Shown: positions 37,481-50,007, counted from the first letter of the stretch. The stretch is DNA of 64,000 bases from Haliotis rufescens (GCF_023055435.1 NW_025963890.1:62496001-62560000), one strand, 5' to 3'. A program made the numbers and translations. The notes: generated by a model not told the origin, from the sequence alone.

Positions 37481-37538
37481 GAAGAGCTATTAGCGTAACC
37501 CAGCACTAACCACGAGGAGGTTGCTCTTCACGAGTGCC
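37481..37538 (-). ncRNA. Predicted HDV-like self-cleaving ribozyme at the LINE3 5' terminus
   Basis: GGCACTC GT GAAGAGCA ACC TCCTCGT GGT TAGTGCT GG GTTACG CTAA TAGCTCTTC. This gives P1 with a G1-U wobble, P2, P3, L3 UCCUCGU, P1.1 CC/GG and J4/2 GCUAA with catalytic C at 37493. Confidence 0.85.
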
Positions 37539-38527
37539 TATGCTTGTCGTAAGAAGCGACAAAAGGGATCGGGTGATCAGGCACGCTGACTTGGTTGATG
37601 CATGTCATCGTATCCCAATTGCGTGGATCGATGCTCATGATGTCAATCACTGGATTGTCTGGTCCAGATTCCATTATTTACAGGTAGCCGTCATATAGCT
37701 TGAGTGCGGCGTTAAACAACCAACAAACAAACAAACTTTTCTTGACTGACCATCATATTTAGATGTTACTGAAGGATGGAGTAGGGCAGTTATGGATTAA
37801 ACAATCATATGTCGATTAAAGACTACAATGGCATATTGATACATTAATTAATGATATCCTTTGTACAGAAATTAAATGTTAACATTGGTACAGTCAGAAT
37901 CTTACAATGGATTTCTTATGAGTACGGAAGGGTTTTGTAGTTGTTTATACATGTTGTCTTGACTGACGATCACTATGTGGATATCACTGACGGATGGAGT
38001 AGGACAGTTATGGATTAAACAATCAAATATCGATCTATCCATGAAATATAATGGCATGCCATGAGTATGCCAATGGCATATTGACATCACGTAATGATTA
38101 TCCTTTGTACAAAACATTAATATTGACATTGAATTGTTGGTGACTTGTAAAATATGGCAGCCATAATTTCTCACAACTCTTAACCATGTCTTTACACGGG
38201 AAATCGTTTTTTGTCAAAACACAGAATATTTAAGTTGGTTCAGAAACTGTTCGTTAAATAATTGGTTATGATCAAGGCATCAGTACATTAGGTTAAATAG
38301 ATGGCTTCATTTAACATTATTTGGCGATGTATACTCCTGTCATACAATGTTATATCTAGTTTGATTCTAAGTATGTTTGACACCAATGACTGTAGATCTT
38401 TACTGCCAACTGTCACATGACTTAAAACCTTCAAGGGTGATGTGTTTACGATAGACAGTTAAAACATTTCCACATGTCCTTGAATGACATCTTCTGACTT
38501 GTAGCATTTGTTTCGTTGCAACAACAA

Positions 38528-38530
38528 AAA

Positions 38531-38561
<31 letters not shown>
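38528..38561. repeat. (AAAT)n microsatellite
   Basis: Directly visible. Confidence 0.95.
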
Positions 38562-40048
38562 CATTGACATTACATATCATTACTATGAATAAAAACAGGG
38601 TTTGTCATGTGATTCTAAATTGTCCACCGCATTTTAACTTTTGAAAATATTTTATGGGTACTTCTTAGCGACAACTTCAACCAGAACTGTTAATGTTGTA
38701 AGGGACACAGCTCTTCAAAATAATATTTTGTATATGTTGTAAACGATTTGAACTCACTGTGTAGTTTCGCAGCTGCAACTGAGACCTTTTAGTCAACTGT
38801 CAATATTTTGTCACTATTGGTAGTGGGCTCGGTGGTTTGAGAGAGACGGCATATTTATTCACACAGTGCATTACAATTCACAGGGGCACTTATTCCTATT
38901 TCTATTACTTTCGTCACCACTCGCATCTTTCCGTAACCAGCAAGAAACCTCGTCCCACTCCCGAAGGCCGCCATGCGTCGAAACGGCGTAAGCTAATCAG
39001 AATGCTCGTCAGGATATGGGTCCTTCGAAACATACAGTTTCGAGTATTTAAATGAAATTTGGCAATATGTGTTGTTTAAAAGCCTCGGAAAATGTAGATT
39101 GTCAGTTCCACACCGCAGTGTATACGGATAACAGTAATATGTTACACAAATTGATGTTGTTGTTTAAAAGGCAGGATGTTTGATGTACACTGTGTGAGTG
39201 TACGTTGAGGAAACGGCTCTCTTGACTACGACATCCGTTCATTTGAGCTAAAACTAGACCGGTTTCCATAACTACATTGAGTCTAATATCCAATATATAA
39301 AATCACAAGAGTTGAAAAAAGATGAATTTAAGTAATTAACTAATCACCGATTTCAATACAAAGTATTCACATAACTCTTTAACTCTCATTATGTGATACT
39401 GTTTTGCGGACATGTTAGTGCATTTGCCATATTTACATTTGTTGTTGGTTGGTTTGTTGTTTAACGCCGCACTCAGCAATATTCCAGCTATATGGCGGGG
39501 ATCTGTAAATAATCCAACTAATCACCGATTTCAACTCTTTAACTCTCATTATGTGATACTGTTTAGCGGACATGTTAATCCATTTGCCATATTTACAAAT
39601 TTACAGATTGTAACAGACCAAGATAGGTAATGCTCAATGAAAGACATAAAAAACATGAGTAATTTTCATCCAGATTAACGGAACATATGTTCGATTGAAG
39701 TATTAGAATTTGTAAAATTGACATGTAGCTTGAAGAGATGGCTAAATTTGCTAAAGTCACACATATTTTCCATGGTATTGATGGATAATGTCTAAAGTGC
39801 ACAATTAAAGTGTATGCCAGCTCAGCTGAGTTTAGACATGTTCACCAATATGACAGCTGTTATTTAAAAACTATGTAAATTGCTCTAGGTTATAAAGATA
39901 ATGTTGACCCGCTAGCACTGCCATTTGTAGAGACAATCCACTTCTATAACTAGTGCTTAAACAATGATGTTTAACGTTTCTTTATTTGCATAATCGAGTG
40001 GATTTGTGTGGATGGATTATAAATATCACAATTAGGGAAGTGGTACTA

Positions 40049-40224
40049 CAGTGAACTACGGTTATAACGAACACGCTTATAACGAACTGACGGATATAAC
40101 GAACTTACATTTTTGGTCCCAACTATTTGCTGTAGTTATGTTGTATATATGCTTATAACGAACTACGGTTTTAACGAACAAAAATTAGTAGTCCCTTTGA
40201 GTTCGTTATAACCGTAGTTTACGG
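40049..40224. mobile_element. pogo/Tigger-like MITE
   Basis: TIR cagtgaactacggttataacgaac / gttcgttataaccgtagtttacgg, TA duplication and internal ataacgaac repeats. Empty paralogous sites at ~2988 and ~14454. Confidence 0.88.
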
Positions 40225-40898
40225 TATATTTAAAACGGATTTCATTGCTATAAATATATATTTGGGTGATACCTGGTTCTACACAAACACCACTGTGTTA
40301 TGTAAGATCTATGTCGCATACCTTTATTACTTTAACAAACTGAGATACCTGAACAAAAATACAACTGCAAGAAAAAACTTCAAAACTTGTAAGAGAAAAT
40401 TCTTGAATAAAAGGAAGCTATCGTAAAGAGATCAGCTTTAAATACATCAAGAATTTGAAGACAAAAATTTATTTAAAAAATATTATGTTTGTTTTGTTCT
40501 GTAAATAATCGAGTCTGGATGGAATAGACATTCCACTGACTGACACCATGAGCATCGATCCACGCAAATGGGATACGATGGCATGCTGTCAGCGAGCCTG
40601 AACACCCGATCCCGTTTGTCGCCTCCTACACCAAGTATGGGTTGCTGGAGACCAATTCTAACAAGAATCTACACCGGTGTGCACTTACTGAGGGAAACCA
40701 GGTAATATCTTGACTCATTTACACATATCCACACATGCATCTATCAATTTTAACTTATCTTTCAGGAATCATCACCATGTTCTGATATAAACACCAAAGT
40801 AGTATGCGAACTTGCAATCTATTCCAATATCTTTCAAAGAAAAACAAATGCAAAAAACAATCTTCGGATATTTATTTTGTATGACAGCATAGTTTGTA

Positions 40899-42338
40899 TC
40901 AACACCACCCAGGACTCCATACACCGCCGTAGTATTTCGGGTCCGCCCTTGGAACAGGAGAAGGGTCCTGAGCCGGGACGCGGGACTTCTTCCAGTTCTC
41001 CAACCTCTTCTTCATCATGTCCACTAGCTCAGGGTACTTGGCTGAGAGGTCGAAGTGTTCAGTTGGATCTGCAGTAATGTTGTACAGCATGAAGGGAGGG
41101 AACTTCTGGTTATCAGCTTGATAAACACGTTCGTCAATTCCCAGATGTGGTAAAGGAGCCCAACCATTGTGATCTCCCGGACTTCCTTGCATGAGTTTGA
41201 GATCTCCGTACCTTATGGCAGCTGCTTCCCGCTCGTCATAGATATTGTAGACGAACTCATTCCGTTTGGAGGGTCCACCATTGATGAGCATGTCGTACTG
41301 ACTGATCCCGTCCATGTTGGGGTCTGCGTTCTCTCCACCAGCCAGCTCCAACAATGTCGGGTACCAGTCTACAGCATGCATCATTCCAGTGTTGAGGTAG
41401 CCCGTCTTCTTCAGAAGTGTTTTACTGTAGATGAATCCTGTACCTTTCGTCCCCCCTTCCCACAGAGTATCTTTGGCCCCTCGTAAAGGCAAGTTATTAG
41501 CAGCATCATATGTGGGACCACCATTATCGGTTGTAAAGACTAACAACAGATTGTCCATGAGACCTTTGTCTTCTAATGCCTTAGTGATATTCCCAACAGC
41601 TTCGTCCAAAGCACTCACCATTCCACAATAGACCCTTCTGCTTATGGTTTCTATATTTTTGTACATGTTTTCATATTTAGGTGGAACTTCAAGAGGTTCA
41701 TGTACAGACTGGAATGGAAGGTATAGATAAAGTGGCTTACTATTGTCGTGGTTCTCAATGATTTCAACAGCTCTGTCCGCAAACACATTTGCAGAATAGG
41801 TTCCATTGGCGTCTCTTTTGACAGTCTTGTTGACGCGAAAATCCAGCCCCACTTCTTTGAGTTTCTGGTGCACGTGAGTAAAATACTCCTCTGCACCAGA
41901 GTAATATCCAAGATAGGAATCAAAGCCTCTCTCTGTGGGTGTATATTTCCAGTTACAGAATCCAAGATGCCACTTTCCAACCATGTGAGCATCATAGCCA
42001 AGTTGTTTCAGTTTATGTGGTATTGTTGTTAGATTGGCCGGCAGGTGTTTTGCTGCGTTTATCTCAATAACTCCGTCCTGTAGTCCAGTGTGATAGGGGA
42101 AATATCCCGACATGAAGCAGTTTCTGGAGGGCGAACACAAAGGCTGAACGTATGAAGAGTTGAGGATGACTCCAGCTTTGGCCAGTCTGTCCAGGTTAGG
42201 GGTGATCATTTGAGGGTTCCGAAATCCGACATCATTCCAGCCGAGGTCATCAGCGACTATAAATATTATGTGAGGTTTCTCTGCACACTCACAGATAAAT
42301 AGAGTCACAATAAAGCATAAAGCCGATATGAAATTCAT
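40899..42338 (-). CDS. Arylsulfatase B-like sulfatase, copy g4 (479 aa)
   Basis: Intact ORF with MNFISALCF signal peptide, CSPSR and all catalytic motifs. It has a one-codon deletion in the variable loop (HQKLKEVG). Confidence 0.95.
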   Translation of the reverse strand: MNFISALCFIVTLFICECAEKPHIIFIVADDLGWNDVGFRNPQMITPNLDRLAKAGVILNSSYVQPLCSPSRNCFMSGYFPYHTGLQDGVIEINAAKHLPANLTTIPHKLKQLGYDAHMVGKWHLGFCNWKYTPTERGFDSYLGYYSGAEEYFTHVHQKLKEVGLDFRVNKTVKRDANGTYSANVFADRAVEIIENHDNSKPLYLYLPFQSVHEPLEVPPKYENMYKNIETISRRVYCGMVSALDEAVGNITKALEDKGLMDNLLLVFTTDNGGPTYDAANNLPLRGAKDTLWEGGTKGTGFIYSKTLLKKTGYLNTGMMHAVDWYPTLLELAGGENADPNMDGISQYDMLINGGPSKRNEFVYNIYDEREAAAIRYGDLKLMQGSPGDHNGWAPLPHLGIDERVYQADNQKFPPFMLYNITADPTEHFDLSAKYPELVDMMKKRLENWKKSRVPAQDPSPVPRADPKYYGGVWSPGWC

Positions 42339-43902
42339 ATTGTTTCTGGTGTATGCGGTAAAACGTAGACGTATTTAAGGGTGCTTTGAAAGATAACGCG
42401 ACTCGTGACTAACCTTATTTTAGTCGGCTTGAATTCTTATCTTTTGGAATGCTTACATTGACACATTCCAGACAATGTTTATATCAGGCATTAAACAGAA
42501 CAGCCTAGATTGTACATGTGGAGGCTTAAAAATGTAAAACTAATTTTGTATTCCATAATCGTAAAAGGATGGGATGACAGGCTTAAGTCCTTGGATATGA
42601 AGTTAATTGACATAGTCTGTGGAGTCAAAAGAGTCTGTGCTCACCGCTAATGTTTTTTGGAACTGGGACACATACTATTAAAACAACAAACCATCATGAA
42701 ATTATTAAAAACAAATGCTCAACTCAAATGCCAACCACTTTTTTAAAAACAGGTTCTATGCTTCCAAGTCGTATTAATGCAGATGTGACACATTATTTGG
42801 ACAATTTGTCAAAAATGAAAGTAAATGTCATCTGAAATTTACTTGGAAAAAAAGGTGAAATGCTGGACTTCCTAGTTGATAACACCTACGTGCAATTTGG
42901 TCGACATGACTGACAGGCCAGAGGTAGGGGTTTCCACGGGCACTAATTGTGTCCCCCTCCTTGCTGATCTTTTTGTTGAGGCATATGTGTCAAAATGTCT
43001 TCTCCGATTGGCAATATCAAAACAACATTCGGCCAAGTACTAATAACTTAAGCTACGGGTATATCCATGATCTAAATTCGTCTCATTATGATTAAAAACC
43101 TATTCTCTTCCACTCATTTAACCACCTCAACTAGAAATAAAAGAAACCAGTGAAACCGCCTCATACTTAGTTCTATGTAGTCAACTTTCCCTTTCTGTCG
43201 AGCAATTTTCCAGCATTTGGTGTCTACTTTCTGCATCTGTTTATGCACTATCAAGCATGCTCCGTCTATGAACATTTCAAAGAGCGTCATGTGACTCTTG
43301 ATTGATTGGGGCTATACCATTCAAGGCCTTTGTTAAGCTTACAAAATGTTTTATGGTTAAATGTGGAGGGTAATATCATTTGTACTGAAATAAAATGTTG
43401 ACATTGAATTATAGGCTTGTCGGTGACTTGTCAACTATGTCAGTCATTATGTCTTGTTAATCTAAACCATGTCTTTACACAGAAAATCTGTTGTTGTCAA
43501 AATAGAGAATATTTTAATGAAAGTTGATTCAGAAAATATTTGTGAAATAATTGTTACGATCAAGGTAAGACACATTAGGTTCAATACATGTCCTCATTTA
43601 ACATTATTTGGCAATGTATACTTCTGCGTACAATGCCTTATCTATTTTAATTCTATGTAAGTTTTGACACTATAACTGTAGGCCTTTCTATTGCCAACTG
43701 TCAAAAAAAACCGTAAAACTTTCAAAGGTGATGCAACTCTGCACAGCGAATTACGGTGCAAAGACGACTAGACGACAAGACGACCCATCCCCAAGGATGT
43801 TTTACAACTTTATTGTTTGTTTGTTCCACGCTGTTCTCAGTAATATTCCGGCTGTATGACGACCATCTGTAAATAATTGAGTCTGGACAGTTCCATGGTT
43901 GA

Positions 43903-43913
43903 TATCATCATCG

Positions 43914-43951
<38 letters not shown>

Positions 43952-43960
43952 GTCATTATC
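43903..43960. repeat. (CAT)n microsatellite inside a SINE-like copy
   Basis: Directly visible; it produces the poly-Ile ORF artefact 43877-44101. Confidence 0.95.
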
Positions 43961-44290
43961 AACCAAGTCAGCAAGTATGACTTACATATCCTCTTTGTCG
44001 TCTCTTACACAATTCTTGGGTTGCTGAAGGCCAATTCGAACAAGGATCTTCACTGGGATGCAATGTCATGGTGGAAACCAGGTAATATGTTGACTCAATA
44101 ACACATATCTATGTGATCTATCATCAGATATCTATTATTTTTAATTTTTCTTTCAAGGAATCACCAACGTCTTAGTGTATAACTCCCGAAGTAGCATGCG
44201 ACCTTGCAATTTATTCCAATATCTTTCAAAGAAAAACAAATGCAAAAAACAATCTTCGGATATTTATTTTCTATGACATCATAGTTTGTA

Positions 44291-45733
44291 TCAACACCAC
44301 CCCGGACTCCATACACCGCCATAGTATTTCGGGTTCGCCCTTTGAACAGGAGAAGGGTCCTGAGCCGGGACACGGGTTTTCTTCCAGTTTTCCAGCCTCT
44401 TCTTCATCATGTCGACTAGCTCAGGATATTTGGCTGAGAGGTCGAAGTGTTCAGTTGGATCTGCAGTAATATTGTACAGCATGAAGGGAGGAAACTTCTG
44501 GTTATCAGCTTGATAAACACGTTCATCAATTCCCAGATGTGGTAAAGGAGCCCAACCATTGTGAGATCCCGGACTTCCTTGCATGAGTTTGAGATCTCCA
44601 TACCGTATTGCAGCTGCTTCCCGCTCGTCATAGATGTTGTAGACGAACTCATTCCGTTTGGTGGGTCCACCATTGATCAGCATGTCGTACTGACTGACTC
44701 CGTCCATGTTAGGGTCTGTGTTCTCTCCACCAGCCAGCTCCACCAATGTCGGGTACCAGTCTACAGCATGCATCATTCCAGTGTTGAGGTAGCCTGTCTT
44801 CTTCAGAAGGTTTCTACTGAAGATGAAACCAGTGCCTTTCGTTCCCCCTTCCCACAGAGTATTTTTGGCTCCTCGTAAAGGCAAGTTATTTGATGCTGTA
44901 TATGTGGGACCACCATTATCGGTTGTAAAGACTAACAAAAGATTGTCCATGAGACCTTTGTCTTCTAATGCTTTAGTGATATTCCCAACAGCTTCGTCCA
45001 ATGCACTCACCATTCCACAATAGACCCTTCTGCTTTTAGTTTCTATGTTCTTGTACATGTTTTCATATTTAGGTGGAACTTCAAGAGGTGCATGTACAGA
45101 CTGGAATGGAAGGTATAGATAAAGTGGCTTACTGTTGTCGTGGTTCTCAATTATTTCAACAGCCCTGTCCGCAAACACATATGCAGAGTAGGTCTCATTT
45201 GCGCTTCTGTTGATGGTCAAGTTGAAGCGGAAATCCAGCCCCACTTCATCGCGACTTTTCTGTCTTATGTGAGTATAGTAGTCCTCTTCACCATTGTAAT
45301 ATCCAAGATAGGAGTCAAAGCCTCTCTCTGTGGGTGTATACTTCTTGTTACAGAATCCAAGATGCCATTTTCCAACCATGTGAGCATCATAACCAAGTTG
45401 TTTCAGTTTTTGTGGTATTGTTGTTAGATTGGCCGGCAGGTGTTTTGCTTCGTTGGCCAATATAACGCCATCTTGTAGTCCGGTGTGATAGGGGAAATAT
45501 CCCGACATGAAGCAGTTTCTGGAGGGCGAACACAAAGGCTGGACGTAAGAAGAGTTGAGAATGACTCCCGCTTTGGCCAGTCTGTCCAGGTTAGGGGTGA
45601 TCATTTGAGGGTTCCTAAATCCAACATCGTTCCAGCCGAGGTCATCAGCGACTATAAATACAATGTGAGGTTTCTCTGCACATTCACAGATAACAAAAGT
45701 CAGAAGAATAAAGACATGTCTTTGGAGATTCAT
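44291..45733 (-). CDS. Arylsulfatase B-like sulfatase, copy g5 (480 aa)
   Basis: Intact ORF with MNLQRHVF signal peptide, CSPSR and all catalytic motifs. Confidence 0.95.
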   Translation of the reverse strand: MNLQRHVFILLTFVICECAEKPHIVFIVADDLGWNDVGFRNPQMITPNLDRLAKAGVILNSSYVQPLCSPSRNCFMSGYFPYHTGLQDGVILANEAKHLPANLTTIPQKLKQLGYDAHMVGKWHLGFCNKKYTPTERGFDSYLGYYNGEEDYYTHIRQKSRDEVGLDFRFNLTINRSANETYSAYVFADRAVEIIENHDNSKPLYLYLPFQSVHAPLEVPPKYENMYKNIETKSRRVYCGMVSALDEAVGNITKALEDKGLMDNLLLVFTTDNGGPTYTASNNLPLRGAKNTLWEGGTKGTGFIFSRNLLKKTGYLNTGMMHAVDWYPTLVELAGGENTDPNMDGVSQYDMLINGGPTKRNEFVYNIYDEREAAAIRYGDLKLMQGSPGSHNGWAPLPHLGIDERVYQADNQKFPPFMLYNITADPTEHFDLSAKYPELVDMMKKRLENWKKTRVPAQDPSPVQRANPKYYGGVWSPGWC

Positions 45734-46149
45734 TTTGCTTCTGCTCAGTGTGATACATTGTGTTTCTATTTAAAGGTTGCCAATAGATAACGTGATTTTC
45801 GTGACTTGCCTAGAGCATGAATTCTTTCTGTGTGATTATCAGCTGGATAGTTCCCTTAGCCCAGAATTCATGTAGATATTGCATGACCTTTTTCACGAGA
45901 CCTGCAAGTAAAACGATAACCCATATAATATATGAAATTCTTCAGTCTGAGATGTTTTGAGAAAATCGGAAGAACTGGACAATGTTACATCTGCTGAGCA
46001 TCATTGTAGTTCATATGTTGCTTAACATTCAGTGCTCGTATGTGTAATTGTGCTCTGCGTTCACTGGACTCAAATAACAATACAATTACCCTTCCCCTTA
46101 AAATCTTATCATAGTGTTAATTGTGCATATGAACGGGGCATACAGAATA

Positions 46150-46600
46150 AAATCAGCAGACACCTGCCAGCCATGAACCGTGACCAGGGAACCTCTCTGC
46201 CTTGTGCTTGGGACTCATTGCTTTGGCTTCCATTTGCCCATTGCTATGTCCATTCTTTCACCTATCAGTGCTATTTACCCCCGGCCTCCTGTTTGCCCAG
46301 TGTCCATTGCCTATTACTTGTCTATGATAACTTACTATCAGCGCTAATCACTGTAATGTGTTGGCTTCCATTGTCTATTGCTAATCACCTCTCAGCGCTA
46401 TCTGTTGGCTTCCCTTGTTAGTTTCTACCCTTTGTTTTTTTCCACCTCTTGTTATCTTATTAATTTTGTTGACCTTACATGTACATATATATGCCCTCTG
46501 CCTCATGGCATTTATTCACCTGATGAAAGAGTAAGCATATACTCCGAAACGTTGTGTTCCTCATAATAAAGAAGTGAACATCCATATATTCTCTTCCTTA
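46150..46600 (+). mobile_element. Penelope-like 3' fragment with hammerhead motif (46517-46556)
   Basis: ORF 46032-46421 contains ISRHLPAMNRDQGTSLPCAWDSLL, followed by CTGATGA...GAAACGTT. Confidence 0.7.
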
Positions 46601-47243
46601 CACAATAGCAGAAAGAAATATATGTGCTGGAATACATTAAAACTTCCTCTTGAACTTATTTAAACTATTAACATAGTGTTAATTGTGCAAATGAACGGGG
46701 CCTACAGAATAGCTCTATACCTGGTAGTTGTTTATGTTATGGTTTATGTATTTGACATGTGGAGGCGTGTGGGGCAGGACACGCTCACCTTTTCGCGAGT
46801 ACCCGGTATCATCACTCATTGATAGTGAATCATGAACACATGCTCATGATATAGTCGAAATCGTATAATAGAAAGGGTTTTGTCGCTTTTATTTACACTT
46901 TTACAGCTGCACATCTTTTTCTTGAGCGTCATTGTATTCTACTACAAGGTATTGATGTTTTGTTAAGCTTTGACATGTATTGATTTGGAAAAACAAATGC
47001 GTTAGGTTAGTTGTCCTGTGTTTTGGTACGTATCTAGCACACGACTGAAAAAACCCGGGTTATTAATTATTCATTGATCATTTGTAATCATTTTTTGATT
47101 TCACACTTACGTTCTGTAGATATAGATTCATGGGTTAACCTCTGATTTCCAATTTGATTTGTCGTTGATTTGTCTGATGCAGATTATACAGACAGGCACG
47201 ATGAAGCGCTTATACCGATGACTGCGGCTTTATACAACATTCG

Positions 47244-47474
47244 GGGCACGGGTGGCCCTGTCGTCTGAGGCGCCGCGATTCGCTGTGCAGAGTGGCGCTG
47301 TGATTGTGGGTTCGAATCCCGGTTCGCCCCGATTATGTTTCTTTGTTTGTCAGCACTATACCCGTATAAACGTCTGATACCTACATCACTTCGGGCTTTC
47401 CTCAAAAATCAAGCTGACCCGCCGTGATATAACTGGAATACTGTAAAAGGCGGCGTTAAACCAAGCTTACTCAC
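47244..47474 (+). mobile_element. Second tRNA-derived SINE family (Leu/Ser-like head)
   Basis: B box GGTTCGAATCC and tail ccgccgtgatataactggaatactg..gcggcgttaaa. TSD ttatacaacattcg at 47230-47243 and 47475-47488. Confidence 0.85.
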
Positions 47475-47739
47475 TTATACAACATTCGTTGTTGTATGGT
47501 CCGTCACTTGATTGTCTGGTTTGTTTCCAGGCCGCAATTGCATGGAAGAATACTGATGTGTGGCATCAGGCGACAATTGTACATTTAATATTTCATGCAA
47601 ATTGTGTGAGTGGCGGACATGCTTACTCATACTAGTGTCATCACTTATGTTCACTGATCATTCAAATATTTTGACCGCTATTTTACCTTTTATGACCAAA
47701 GGAATCAGTTTCGATGGCTAACTGGGGCTATTCTCTGGA

Positions 47740-49200
47740 GTTTTAAATTTGCATGTGTTTGTAACGGGTGTCACCGGTGGGACAGGATATACTAATCTGT
47801 TCGCGTACACGTGGTGTCAACACTATTTGATAGTGATTCATAAATATCCTCATGGTTTGGTCGGAATCGTACAATGGATTTCTTATGTTATGGAAGGGTT
47901 TTGTAGCTTTTATTATATGTACTGTTGACGATGTCGACTGAAGGATAAAGTAGGGCAGTTATGGATTAAACAATCATATATCGATATATCGATGAAAGAA
48001 TATAATGGCATACATATTCATACATCCAACAATGATACCATGTGTACAGAAATTTAATGATAACGTTGAATTATTGCCTTGTCGGTGACTTGTAAAATAT
48101 GTCAGTCACACTTTCTCATAAGTCTTAGCCATGTCTTTACAACGACAATCGTATGTTGTCAAAATCGAGAATATTCAAATGAAAGTTGGTTCAGAAAATA
48201 TTTGTGAGGCAATTGATCACGATGAAGGTCAGATACACATCAGTTTAAATACATGTCTTCCTGTATCATTATTTTGCGATGTATTCTTGTCATACAATGT
48301 CATTATATCTATTTTGATTCTAAGTATGTTTGACACTAATTACTGTAGACCTTTCTGTTGCCAACCGTGGCATGACTTAAAACTTTCAAATTTGATACGT
48401 TTCCGACAGATAAAAGAGATTTTTTTCACATCTTCATTAAATGGCATCTTCTGACTTGTAGCATTTGGTTCACATTGCAAATAATAGAATAAGTATCTTT
48501 CAATGGTCGTGTTGTTTAAATATGAGTTTTGAAAAGAAACAAAATTATCAACAGTAACTTTTATCCACAAAATCACAGATCCTCGGTGAGCTGTATGTGT
48601 TACACAATAAAATGAAATGAAATTAAATGAAGCTTGCAGTGCCCCCCTTCTTGCAAATGGGGGCCAGAAGAAGTTAACATCTACGCTAAACAAGGTTAAT
48701 TGATTACATTTTTACTTTTACAAATTACTTTTGAGTGAAAAAGTATGAAGAACATGTGTTGTTGCGAAGTAACGAACTTTCTGATATTTTAAGGGTACTT
48801 CAAAGCGACAACTTCTACACGTGCAGTGTTAATGTTGTAAAGTGAGTGAGTGAGTATGGTTTTACGTCGCTTTTAGCAATATTCCATCAATATCACGGAG
48901 GGGGACACCAGAAACGGGCTTCACACATTGTACCCGTGTCGGGAATCGAACCCGGGCCTTCGGCGTGACGAGCGAACGCTTTAACCACCAGGCTACCCGA
49001 CCGCCCCTAATGTTGTAAAGGACACAAATCCACAAATACTATTTCGTATATGTTGTAAAGGTTTTGACCTCACTATGGAGAAGAACAGCTGCCACTGGTA
49101 CCTTTTAGTTGTCACTGTGTCAATATTACTTCACTGCTGCCAGTATGATCGGTATATCTTCACACAGTACATCTAAATCACAGGGGCACTTATTGCTCTT
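47740..49200. repeat. Older, more diverged copy of spacer X
   Basis: Matches ~400-2030, e.g. tatggattaaacaatcatatatcgatatatcgat and ctaagtatgtttgacac. Confidence 0.7.
48843..49007 (-). mobile_element. tRNA-derived SINE, same family
   Basis: TSD taatgttgtaaag at 48830-48842 and 49008-49020; A and B boxes present. Confidence 0.92.
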
Positions 49201-49759
49201 TCTGATACAAGGGGGTTTCAGAGTGAATGAGTTGGGTTTACAACCGCCCCTAAATAATATATGTCAGCTTGATGGGAGTGTAAAAGTTGTGCAGGTCATT
49301 GACGTTTATCGCCTTTGTGAAACACACGGGCATAGGAGTGGTGTTGATATACTACCAATGGTAATTCTCAGGATGAATCTGAGGTACAATCCCCGACGGT
49401 TGGATGGCGGCTAGGCCAGGGGACGGAAACTTTGTATTACTTAGTCAAACGTGATCCTGTGAAGACACAATTAGAAAGTGGGCATTTGATCTCAAATTGA
49501 AGAGTCCCTGAATTCGACTAACAAAATGTCAAATCTGTTAAATTACGTCTGCACAGCGAATTGTGGCGCATTAGGCGACCAGACGACCCGTCTCCAATGA
49601 TGTTTTACCACTTAATTGATTGTTTGTTTAACGCCATACTCAGCAGTATTCCAGCTATATGATGGCCGTGTGTAAATACGCGAGTCTGATCACCCGATCC
49701 GGTTAGTCGCCTCTTACACCCAACATGGGTTGCTGAAGACACAGGGTGCACTTACTCAA

Positions 49760-50007
49760 GGAAACCAGGTAGTATCTTGACTCAATAACACATTCCATAC
49801 ATTCAGCTATGATCCTTCATGAATCTTTCAAGGAATCACCAACATCTTCGAATATAAACACTGAAGTAGCATGCAAACTTGCAATCTATTACAATATCTT
49901 GAACAGAAAATCAAACGCAAAATATGTATCTTGGGTGATTGATGTGTATCCTAGCGTACTTTGTATCAACAACACCCACGACTCCATACGCCGCCATAGT
50001 ATTTCGG
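49760..50007 (-). pseudogene. Relic 3' end of a deleted sulfatase copy (last 13 codons plus 3' UTR)
   Basis: 50007-49966 reads PKYYGGVWSRGCC* (compare PKYYGGVWSPGWC*). It is followed by sequence homologous to the g1/g2/g4 3' flank. Confidence 0.8.

Larger units (their letters stand above)
31276..37538 (-). mobile_element. LINE3: full-length I-group (Nimb-like) non-LTR retrotransposon with TSD
   Basis: ORF1 (ATG 36869 to 35411, frameshifted, SINE-interrupted) and ORF2 35414-31813 (APE, RT FVDD, RNase H FTDGSK), with a (CA)n tail. TSD (c)tatgcttgtcgta at 31262-31275 and 37538-37551; a paralogous empty site exists at 621-634. Confidence 0.96.
29920..47210. repeat. Segmental duplication unit copy III (interrupted by LINE3)
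   Basis: Spacers and genes align in order with 11200-21215, e.g. 16549-18460 vs 42339-44290 and 19840-21215 vs 45734-47210. Confidence 0.88.

Noticed and set aside
23808-37538. RT-driven diversity-generating system acting on the sulfatases
   Set aside because: The RTs are ordinary degenerate LINE ORF2s, there is no template/variable repeat pair, and variation is not adenine-specific. Crossover and gene conversion explain the pattern.
40060-40215. CRISPR-like short repeats (ataacgaac)
   Set aside because: Subterminal repeats of a TA-flanked MITE with irregular spacing and no cas genes.
43877-44101. Poly-Ile membrane peptide ORF
   Set aside because: Translation of a (CAT)n microsatellite within a repeat.
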